Positions 9,563 to 18,700 of a DNA stretch of 64,000 nucleotides are shown here, piece after piece. Made by a program: the position numbers and the translations under genes. The DNA is from a virus. Below the pieces are notes generated by a model. It had not been told where the DNA came from. It searched no databases and was given only the letters and a program-made list of their open reading frames with translations. Numbering within the stretch: the stretch's first letter is position 1; each line of letters opens with the position of its first letter. The DNA is taken from positions 1 to 64,000 of the IMG/VR virus record IMGVR_UViG_3300022750_000001; one strand, 5' to 3'.

Positions 9563-11053
9563 ATGGTAGCAGATTTCATTTTTACTAAGTATAAAGATAA
9601 GTACTACTTAAAGAATTTAGGGACTACTACACTTTCGTATACACTTGATATTAAATATGGGTGTAATGATGACTATAAGAATATAACTTCTTCTACTGTA
9701 GATGGTGTAGATGATGTTCAAACTATCATACCCCTAGAAGTTGCAGTAGATATAGATAGAGGTATTGAGATACTAATACCTACTGATGGAGAATATAAGT
9801 TAGTACTAACTAGAGGGTCAGATACTCAAACTGTTTTATTCAAATCCTATTTAAGGCTACAGAAAGCCTTTATTCAAAATTTCCTTACCATTATATGTGG
9901 AAGCAATAATAATTGTCAGGGATGCGCTGATAATCCCCTTTCTCTTAGGGAACAGCAGGCAATGTTTAACCAAATTCTTACGTATAACTTTTTGATGATT
10001 ACACCCAATACAGAATATTGTGGTGGTGATTGTCTATTTAGTGGATTTACTCAGCAAGCCATAGAGTTATCTAGTTGTTCCCTAAAGGAGAAAGTATACT
10101 GGAATCTTAATAAAGAATTACAGTCAGGCAAAACAGAGGTAGAGTCAGCCTTAGAGACTACCCTTACTTATGCATCTATATACTACCTAACATATTACTT
10201 CTATGAAGACCTACTAGCTGTAGATGAGGAAGAGAAGATTTATGTTAATAAGAAGTTTAACTATGATGTAGCTAAGATATGTACATCTAAATACATTAAC
10301 TGTATAGATGACTTAAGGTCTGTATTCTTAAATCAGACTACAGATTGTAATGAAGCACCTACAGTTAATAGTATAGTTAAGTTATTCTCAGACTTTACCC
10401 CAGGTGCCAATCAAGATGTCTATATCTTTCAACCAATAGATTTTAGTACAGGCTTCTTTGATAGTAATGGAGACTTGCCTGGTATGGTAACTATACTTAG
10501 TAATACTTTTAATGGTGTGTTATCTTATAATGGTACACCAATACCTAATAACAATTTTCCTTTTCAGTTTAATATAGCTAATGCGAACTTACTTCGTTAT
10601 ACTTATACTATACTAACAAGCAGTGCAAATTTTGATAAAATATTCTTTCAGGTAGCTGATAATAATCCAACACCAAAAAAATCCAACATGGCAACTATAA
10701 CAATTAATACTGAAGCTTATGTGAATCAACCACCTTCAGAGGTAGGTGATAATACTTTCAACTTAGCTAACAGAGCAGTTAAGGTATTTACTGTAGCTGA
10801 TTTCACTACAGGTACAACACCTGCTTATGCTGACCCTGAGAATGACCCTATTGATGCTTTAAGAATTGATAGTTTACCTGCTGATGGTGTACTTAAACTT
10901 AATGGTACTAATTGTACTGTAGGTCAAATCATTGCTGTAGCTAGTATTAATGCAGGATTGTTTTCATATACTTCACCTAATCAGAATGCTGCCGATAATG
11001 ATACTTGGACTTTCTCTGTAAGAGATACAGGTTCAGGTCAGTTTGCATCTTAA
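9563..11053 (+). CDS. virion/adhesin-like protein with two C-terminal cadherin-like beta-sandwich domains
   Basis: 496 aa. The C-terminal copy reads DPENDPIDALRIDSLPADGVLKLNGTNCTVGQIIAVASINAGLFSYTSPN...WTFSVRD, the classic bacterial cadherin-like pattern. A weaker copy precedes it; together they span about nt 10348-11050. Confidence 0.5.
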   Translation: MVADFIFTKYKDKYYLKNLGTTTLSYTLDIKYGCNDDYKNITSSTVDGVDDVQTIIPLEVAVDIDRGIEILIPTDGEYKLVLTRGSDTQTVLFKSYLRLQKAFIQNFLTIICGSNNNCQGCADNPLSLREQQAMFNQILTYNFLMITPNTEYCGGDCLFSGFTQQAIELSSCSLKEKVYWNLNKELQSGKTEVESALETTLTYASIYYLTYYFYEDLLAVDEEEKIYVNKKFNYDVAKICTSKYINCIDDLRSVFLNQTTDCNEAPTVNSIVKLFSDFTPGANQDVYIFQPIDFSTGFFDSNGDLPGMVTILSNTFNGVLSYNGTPIPNNNFPFQFNIANANLLRYTYTILTSSANFDKIFFQVADNNPTPKKSNMATITINTEAYVNQPPSEVGDNTFNLANRAVKVFTVADFTTGTTPAYADPENDPIDALRIDSLPADGVLKLNGTNCTVGQIIAVASINAGLFSYTSPNQNAADNDTWTFSVRDTGSGQFAS

Positions 11054-11065
11054 TCTTATAAGATA

Positions 11066-12004
11066 ATGGGAATAATAAATATAAACAGTGCCTCAAGATA
11101 TGGCAATGACCCTATGACAGTACCATTTACAAAGCAGTGTTCAGACCCTGACTTTAATGGTACTGTAGTACCTTATACTGTACCTGCCAATACCTTCTTT
11201 GCACCTACACTAGCAGAAGCTAATGCTATGGCTACAGCTAATATAGAAGCTAATGGACAAGCTAATGCTAATACAAATGGAGATTGTGTAGAGAAACAAA
11301 CATCTGTAATTAACTATCGTATTACTAGAGACCTTAGTCCTTATGTAGATGGTAGTTTCTCATTACAGAAGAATGGTAGTACTACAGATTTATTCACATT
11401 TGCAGGTGATGGTACTTCAACTGGTAATTATCATTATGGTGATATACTTAGTTGGAATGCATTTCACTATCATTTGGCTACTAGATGGCCTGATGATGCA
11501 TCACTAACATTTAATTTAAGACAAGGTGGTATTACAGGTACTATAATTAAAACCTATACTGGTGGTGTTGTTGGATTAGCAGATATATATAGTGACAATA
11601 TAACTATATCTCAACCTCAGTATTTTGTAGAAGTAATAACTCAAAGTTCTGACTCTTCATTAAAGATATTGGGATATGACTTTATTAATAACACTACTGT
11701 ACCTGATGATGTAATTAAAGTATCAGTTGTAGATGAGACTACTGGTCTATACATGTTAGGTCAAACACCATCAGAGGTTCCTATACCATCAAATTTTGGT
11801 GCTAGGAGTGGTGCATACAATGTTAAGAATGATGGTAACACTCAAACAGTTTACTTTATTAATACTGGTGGTACTACTGTAAATGTTACTTTAACAAGCT
11901 TAGGTGGTTATAGTAATACGTTCTCATTAGCTGCGGGGACTATTATGCCTCTACCTAAAACTGGTGTAGATAAAACTGGAATTGTTATCACAGTCAATCC
12001 TTAA
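11066..12004 (+). CDS. hypothetical virion-module protein
   Basis: 312-aa ATG ORF. N-terminal Ala/Asn-rich motif (TLAEANAMATANIEANGQANANTNGDC), followed by a beta-rich sequence. No enzymatic motif. Confidence 0.55.
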   Translation: MGIININSASRYGNDPMTVPFTKQCSDPDFNGTVVPYTVPANTFFAPTLAEANAMATANIEANGQANANTNGDCVEKQTSVINYRITRDLSPYVDGSFSLQKNGSTTDLFTFAGDGTSTGNYHYGDILSWNAFHYHLATRWPDDASLTFNLRQGGITGTIIKTYTGGVVGLADIYSDNITISQPQYFVEVITQSSDSSLKILGYDFINNTTVPDDVIKVSVVDETTGLYMLGQTPSEVPIPSNFGARSGAYNVKNDGNTQTVYFINTGGTTVNVTLTSLGGYSNTFSLAAGTIMPLPKTGVDKTGIVITVNP

Positions 12005-12035
12005 TTGTTAATATTATTTATTACTTTTGATACCA

Positions 12036-12449
12036 ATGATTCTGCTACAGAAAACGATTCAGGTTGATTCTTACATGCTCCAAGTTGGTATTTGGTTGCT
12101 TGTGTTTTTGTTTACTTCTCTCTTAGGTATCATAGGATGGTTAGCCAAGACTATGACATCTAAAGTAGACTCGTTAGCAGAGACAGTTAATAAGCAAACA
12201 GTAGATATTAATGAGGCTAAGATTATAGCTATCAGTACTAAGGAAGATACTATAGAGATATATGATACACTTAAGACTATACCTGAGATTAAACTTCAGC
12301 TTAATAATATAGAGAATACTTCTAAGAATATTGAGAAGGATGTTAATACTTTAACAGATAGAGTTAATAAACACTCTCAGAGATTATTAGACTTAGAAAG
12401 AACAGTAGGAATACATGCACAATATTTAAAAACTAAAGAGTCTCAATGA
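12036..12449 (+). CDS. membrane-anchored coiled-coil protein
   Basis: The track start at 12027 is TTG; the first ATG is at 12036. One TM helix (GIWLLVFLFTSLLGIIGWL) is followed by about 100 aa of heptad-like helical sequence. Its stop overlaps the next start (ATGA at 12446-12449). Confidence 0.5.
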   Translation: MILLQKTIQVDSYMLQVGIWLLVFLFTSLLGIIGWLAKTMTSKVDSLAETVNKQTVDINEAKIIAISTKEDTIEIYDTLKTIPEIKLQLNNIENTSKNIEKDVNTLTDRVNKHSQRLLDLERTVGIHAQYLKTKESQ

Positions 12450-13216
12450 CACCACAAGAGATTATAGATAACTTCGAATTAAAAGTCAAACCTTTCTTTA
12501 AGGGTTTGACTTTTGAAGCTTCTAGGCATGAGTACTTTTATAGAGGTAACAAGATAGCTAAGTCGGTGTCAGGTCTTATACATGAATTTGTTAAACCACA
12601 AGATTGGGATAAGATAGCTGAAAGAAAAGATATTAAAGAGGGTAAACCTTTAGGGTATCATAAACAACTTTGGGCTAAAGTAAGTAAAGATGCATGTGAT
12701 GATGGTTCAGATGTACATGACTTTGGTGAGAAGTCTAGGAAACTAGAGGAAGCTAAGGAGCATAATAAGAAGAAAGCTATAGTTAACTTTTGGTCTGATT
12801 GTTTTAGTAAGTACCCTGGTAGGTATGTAGTAGTAGCTAGAGAGTTGAAGATGGTTCACAAGAAGTTCCTCTTCTCAGGTACAGGTGACTTTATACTATT
12901 TGATACTTGGACTAATACTTTTATAATAGGTGATTATAAGACTAATAAAGATTTGTTTAAGAACTTCAGAGGTCAGAAGTTATTAGCACCATTTAGTAGA
13001 CTATTAGATAATCCTTATAATCATTATCAAATACAGTTCAGTCTATATCAAGTATTACTTGAACAGATATATGGATTCAAAGTATCAGAGAGATGGTTAA
13101 TACATCTTAAGCCTGATGCTACTTATGATAGATTCCTAACTGAAGATTATAGTGGTATATTGAAGGTAGCACTAGAAAACAGATTAGCTAAACAACAATT
13201 AAAACGGGCATCATGA
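12446..13216 (+). CDS. PD-(D/E)xK (RecB/Cas4-like fold) nuclease
   Basis: 256 aa with the ordered motifs GTGDFILFD, IIGDYKTNK (D-x-K) and QFSLYQ (QxxxY). This is the RecB-type nuclease signature. No Cys cluster is present. Confidence 0.6.
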   Translation: MTPQEIIDNFELKVKPFFKGLTFEASRHEYFYRGNKIAKSVSGLIHEFVKPQDWDKIAERKDIKEGKPLGYHKQLWAKVSKDACDDGSDVHDFGEKSRKLEEAKEHNKKKAIVNFWSDCFSKYPGRYVVVARELKMVHKKFLFSGTGDFILFDTWTNTFIIGDYKTNKDLFKNFRGQKLLAPFSRLLDNPYNHYQIQFSLYQVLLEQIYGFKVSERWLIHLKPDATYDRFLTEDYSGILKVALENRLAKQQLKRAS

Positions 13217-13911
13217 ATGAGGTAAGAGAGGTGATACAAAGATTTCAAACTGCATACTCTCATGGTGCAGCCAGTAGGTCTACTAGATTAAGTAAGAGAT
13301 ATATCTTTAGTATTATTAAAGGTATAAGGGCTAGAGTACTATCTCAAGAAGCTAAGAAGAATCAGATGATTTCTAGTTGGGCTTATCAGACTATACCTTG
13401 TGTAGACTTAGAAGTAGTTCCGTTAAACCAATGTCCTTGTACTCCACAAACAGGATGTATGATACTTAGGAGTACAACTAAGTTACCTGAGATAATTGCA
13501 CTTAAGAATAAACACTTATGTATAATTACTACTAATGAGGGGACACTTAGATTAACAGAGTCTACATTTTCAGAGGTAAAGTTTAACAAAGGTAATAAGT
13601 ATACACCTAGTGCAATATGTTTCTTCTTTACTGGTGATGGGTATTTATATGTATCAGCAACCCTTAAGCTTGAGACACTAAGAGTCGAAGCAGTATTTGC
13701 GGACTTTGTAAAAGCTTATCAATATCCTTCTGCTTGTAGGGAAGAAGATATTAGCTGTATCAGTCCCCTTAACTTTCTGTTTCCTTATGAGGAAGATTTG
13801 ATACCTAGCTTAATAGAGTTAGGCTTACCTGAGGTTCAGGTATTTGCTAATGGTAGAGAAGATAAATTTAATAATAGTTCAGAAGATGGGTTTACAGCTA
13901 CCAAAGGCTAA
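13213..13911 (+). CDS. hypothetical virion-module protein
   Basis: 232-aa ORF whose ATG overlaps the upstream stop (ATGA). No motif recognised. Confidence 0.55.
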   Translation: MNEVREVIQRFQTAYSHGAASRSTRLSKRYIFSIIKGIRARVLSQEAKKNQMISSWAYQTIPCVDLEVVPLNQCPCTPQTGCMILRSTTKLPEIIALKNKHLCIITTNEGTLRLTESTFSEVKFNKGNKYTPSAICFFFTGDGYLYVSATLKLETLRVEAVFADFVKAYQYPSACREEDISCISPLNFLFPYEEDLIPSLIELGLPEVQVFANGREDKFNNSSEDGFTATKG

Positions 13912-14446
13912 GAGAGATAGAAAACCATTTACTAATGGTGGTAGTCTTGGATATGTAGTATATCCAAGTAAGTATGAAGAGGGCAGTTATATACATGGAG
14001 CATATCCTATGTATGCTGAAAAGTGTGTTGACCAAGTTACTGTTAGTGTATTTAGTAAGATAACTAGAGGTTTCTTTAAGTTCATAGCTAAGAAGATACT
14101 TGAAGGTTATCAAGTTGAATTACCTAGCAGGTGTGGTAAGATGTATGTCAAGGGTACTAAGATTAAAGTTAGATTTAATGAAGAGGGTAAGCCTTGTAAT
14201 CTAGCACCTGACTGGAAATTGACTAAAGAACTATGGGCTAGAGATGAGCAAGCTAGACTAGACAATAAAAAAATATATTATACTAATGACCATAGTAATG
14301 GTATTAGATATAGAATGAGGTGGTATAAGAGGAATTTGAATATCGAGAATAAAACATTTTATTCATTTAGATTAAGTAAGGGTAATCAAGAGGCTCTCAG
14401 TAAATTAATCTTTGGTGGTAAGGAATTTATTGTCGAAAATTATTAG
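13886..14446 (+). CDS. hypothetical basic protein
   Basis: The track start at 13844 lies deep inside the previous gene. An ATG at 13886 (MGLQLPKAKRDRK...) gives a 26-nt overlap. Lys/Arg-rich sequence with no secure motif. Confidence 0.45.
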   Translation: MGLQLPKAKRDRKPFTNGGSLGYVVYPSKYEEGSYIHGAYPMYAEKCVDQVTVSVFSKITRGFFKFIAKKILEGYQVELPSRCGKMYVKGTKIKVRFNEEGKPCNLAPDWKLTKELWARDEQARLDNKKIYYTNDHSNGIRYRMRWYKRNLNIENKTFYSFRLSKGNQEALSKLIFGGKEFIVENY

Positions 14447-14475
14447 TTTTGTATAAATAAACTGACAAAAGAATC

Positions 14476-14751
14476 ATGGAATCAGGAATTAAAAGTCTAA
14501 GGACTACAAGCAAAGAAACTAAGGATGTCAATAAGATACCTAGTGATGCTACTATTATAAGGAAAGAAAGTACAATCACTGTAAGGGAGATTGAGAATGG
14601 CTTTGTAGTTAGTAAGAACTTTGATATTAGTTATAAGCTTAAAGGTTCAGACCACAATGAGTATATGTATTATACTAAAGAGTGGTTCTCTCCTACGAAT
14701 CCTGTAGAAATTAAATCTAAGGATAAACAACTTGCTGACCTTTTTGAATAA
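14476..14751 (+). CDS. hypothetical protein
   Basis: 91-aa ATG ORF in the co-directional block. Confidence 0.5.
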   Translation: MESGIKSLRTTSKETKDVNKIPSDATIIRKESTITVREIENGFVVSKNFDISYKLKGSDHNEYMYYTKEWFSPTNPVEIKSKDKQLADLFE

Positions 14752-14757
14752 GATATA

Positions 14758-15702
14758 ATGAGATTTGAATTAACTTCTGTAGATAGAGTATTCTCTAGGC
14801 TTAAGGGTACTATGCCTTTAGACCAAGAGAATGATATAATTGAATGGATTGGAGATGCCTTACAACAGATAGGTGCTATAACTCAATTCAAGGAGACTGT
14901 ATGTTTTGCAGAAGTTAGAAACTATAGGGTAGCTAAACCTAAGTTCTGTCATGCTATCATACAGTTAGCTAGAAATAGGAGAGCAGACTTTGTAGATAAG
15001 TCTACTTTAGCTACACCTAGCTTTATAACTAATAACTACATACAGGTAGGTCCAAGTGATGATAACATCACACCTGATATACCTGTAGCAGTAGACCAAT
15101 ATGGTGAGCCAGTTAATGCCTATGAGTTGGCTTACTATAGACCTTTCTTTGAATTACAGTATGGTTATTATAATTGGATTAGTTCCAATGTATACAAGTC
15201 AGCTTTTAGTCCTATTAGATTAGCTACTAATACTATGTTCATGACAGAAGTTTGTCAAGAGCAAGATTATGATGCTATCTATAGTGGTTGTGAAGATGAG
15301 TATAAGTTAGATGATGGTATGCTTAAGTTCTCTTTCAAAGAGGGACAAGTAGCTATAGCTTATGCTAGACAACAAGTGGATGAAGAAGGTAGACCAATGA
15401 TACCTGATGAAATATCTTATATTACAGCAGCAGCAGATTACTGTAGATGGCAGTACTATAGTAGAGAGTTCTATACTGGTACTGAAGGAGCAGAGAAGAA
15501 GATGCTAACTGCTGAAGGTAACTGGGTGTGGTATTGTGGTCAAGCTAGTAGTAAAGCATTAATGGTAAGTGGGGTTGATGAACATGAGAATCTTCTTAAG
15601 CAAAGGAGTTATATACTACCGAGGAAAGCGAGATACTTTAACTTTTTTAAGAATCTAAACAAAGGCGAGAATAGAGCCTACAACAACCCAGGCAGAAGAT
15701 AA
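14758..15702 (+). CDS. hypothetical virion protein (adaptor/tail-tube-A position)
   Basis: 314-aa ORF. Its stop overlaps the start of the 1589-aa gene (TAATG). The role is inferred only from T7-like gene order. Confidence 0.4.
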   Translation: MRFELTSVDRVFSRLKGTMPLDQENDIIEWIGDALQQIGAITQFKETVCFAEVRNYRVAKPKFCHAIIQLARNRRADFVDKSTLATPSFITNNYIQVGPSDDNITPDIPVAVDQYGEPVNAYELAYYRPFFELQYGYYNWISSNVYKSAFSPIRLATNTMFMTEVCQEQDYDAIYSGCEDEYKLDDGMLKFSFKEGQVAIAYARQQVDEEGRPMIPDEISYITAAADYCRWQYYSREFYTGTEGAEKKMLTAEGNWVWYCGQASSKALMVSGVDEHENLLKQRSYILPRKARYFNFFKNLNKGENRAYNNPGRR

Positions 15703-18700
15703 TGGACACTAACATAGAAAAACCTATTAAAGGAGAACACTCAGACTTCTCTCCTGTAGACCAACCTGATGGTACTTTCAGAATGGGCTTAAACTTAGTT
15801 AAGTCCACAAAGGATGGTAGAGGTAATTCTATCTCTAATGAGAATGCTAATGATATTTGTGGAAACTTTCCTGAAGGTTATATACCTATAGGTAAAGTAT
15901 ATATGAATAATGGTAGGAATGTAGTATGGCTTTGTAACCTAGATGAGACTAGTAATGAAATAGGTGTAGTTGATAAAGACTGTAACTATACCACTATTGT
16001 TAGTGGCAAGCTTGGCTTTACTCTTAATCATCAGATAAGTGCTACCTACAGACTAAGAAGAGGTTGTGAAGATGTAGTATACTTTACAGATGGTAATGTA
16101 TCTGTCAAATACTTTAACTTAAATAGACTTCAAGATTTCTATAGTCAAAAATATAAGACTTGGTTAGCTAATCCTGTTGGTAGTTTTACTGGTCAAAGAT
16201 GGGATGTTAATAAGTTCAATCTATTTCCTGCATATACTGTACCATGCTTTAGTGGTATGGAAGTATTAACAGGTGGACAGATTAAGTCAGGTACTATTAA
16301 CTTTGCTATACAGTATGTTGATAGTAACTTAAATCCAACTAACTTTATCTACAGTTCTCAACTAGTACCTATCTATGCTTCATCATTAAGTTCTAGCTAC
16401 TCATCTATTGTAGGTTCATCTAATGTAGATGTTGACCCATTAGCAGGTACACCACCAACTAACAAATCTGTTAAACTAACTTTAAGTTCTTTAGACAATA
16501 CTTATACATTCTATAGGATAGCTGTAATAGAGGCTACAGATAAAACTGGTAATCCTACTAGAGTATTACTTAGTCCTAATATTCCTATCAATAGAACAGA
16601 GTTTACTTATGATGGTAATACCTCAGGCTATACTGAAATCACTTTAGCTGACTTAGCTTTAGGTAAATCAGATATAGATACTGCTGAACATATAGAACAA
16701 CAAGAAAATAAATTAATCTTAGCTAGTACTAAAGGAAAGCAAGTAAACTATTGTGGCTTCCAGAGGTTTGCATCTAAGATTAGAACTAATTATATTATAA
16801 GGGAAGCCTCTGCATCTGATGTTTTAGATGTAGGTAATCCTAAATCTCCTCATACCTATTGGGAGAGAGAGGGTTATATGGGAGGAGAAGTTTATCCTCT
16901 TGGTATAGTATATGTATTTAACAATGGACTAGAGAGTCCTGTAGGTCATATCCCAGGTAGACCTTTAAATAGATACTGGAATCCTATTAACAATACAGTA
17001 GTAGTTACAGCAGATGATACTGTTATCACTCCTTGGAATAAGGATGTAGCATTCATTAATAGTAACCCTACTAACTATAACGCATTACCAACTACATCTA
17101 AAGCTAAGAAGTTTCAAGTGTATGAGACAGCAGTTAAACTTAATACTGCTAATGATAGTATAGGTGCTATGGGCTATCATCAGAACACTGGTGTATTCTA
17201 TGAGAACAGGACTGATTGTAATGAAAATGATTACTGGGGTTTAGATGGTTATGGACAAGTACTTACAGGTAAGCCTATAAGACATCATAAGTTCCCTACT
17301 AGGGGTATAGAACCTCATGTTAAGAATGGTTCACTTGCTACAGGTAAGACAGGGCTATATGCTACTGTTGCTTTACTAGAGGGACAAACATTTGAAACTA
17401 CTGATAGTTATACACTAAGTGTTACTTATGAATTAAATGGTAGTCCTCAAACTAAAGATTATGTTATTGATGATGAGAACTTTCCTTTCAATGCTGTTAA
17501 GATAGATGAGGGTGATGGTGGTTATGATATATTTGAAATCATTGACATATCAGGTACAGCTACTACAGAGACAACTAAGTTTACTGTAACTGTAGAGAAA
17601 CAAACTATCAATGCAGGGTTTACAGATACTACCATAGTAAGAAACTTAGGTATTCAATTTAGCAATATTCAATATCCGCATCCCGATATTGTAGGTCACT
17701 ACTTCGTTAGGGGAAAAAGGGATGACCAAAACAGAACTATCCTTGATAAAGGATTTGCAGGGCAGTTAAAGAAAGTTGATATTGACGGACAAAGATATAA
17801 TGCCTTTGCTTATTTTAATTCATTTGATGATAACGAGAAGGAGACACTAAGTAATTATTTATTTACTCCTAGAGTATTCTTTAATAAAGAAACACTTAAT
17901 GGGGATTACTTAAGATATGAAGGAGAGTTTCCTAGAACTGGTGTAAACGTATTCTCTAATGAAGAAGATGGTGCAGGTAGTTGGACTAAGGAAGTTAACA
18001 TGAAGATTGAAGTTAGAGTTCATGGTTATGGTGGACTTAATTCAGTTAATAGTAATCAGAACTATGCTGTTACTAAATCTATAGTATTAGATGGAGCAGC
18101 TAAGGACTTAACCTTTAATGGACCGACTTCACCTTTATATAATCTATCATGGACTAATAGGGCACACATAGTTAACACACAATCAAGATTACCTATATCA
18201 GGTAAAGACCACAAGGATATGTATTATGTATCTTATATGGTTAATAGGAATGTACATCCTATACTAGATGATATTAGATACCAAAGAATGCATAACTGTA
18301 TGTATACTTTAGCTAATACTCAAAGAGTATTTGGTGGAGACACTTTTATTTCAAGATGGGATATAGCTAACTCTTTATATAGAAAACAAAAGAAAGGTAT
18401 CTTTAAAAGTTTACTTAAACTTATATTAGTAGTTGGTGCTGCTGTAGCTACAGTTATAACAGCGGGAGCAGGCGCACCTGCAATTGTTGCAGCCTTAGGC
18501 GCAGTAGGTGTTACTGCTAGTGCTATTGGTGTATCAGCTATCATAGTAGCTACTGCTATATTAGCAGGTGCTATTGGTGTAACTTCTACAGCTATTGAAG
18601 TTCTTACTAATGAAATCAATGATGGTGTACTTGAACAAGTAACTGATGATGGTGAATTTAATAATGCTTCAGGTAATGGTATAAGATTTTCTTCTTATGT

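Noticed and set aside
18320-18619. 99-aa antisense ORF rich in Ala/Ile/Thr/Pro.
   Set aside because: It is the mirror image of the Ala/Gly/Val-rich segment of the 1589-aa gene. Such compositionally biased regions stay open on both strands.
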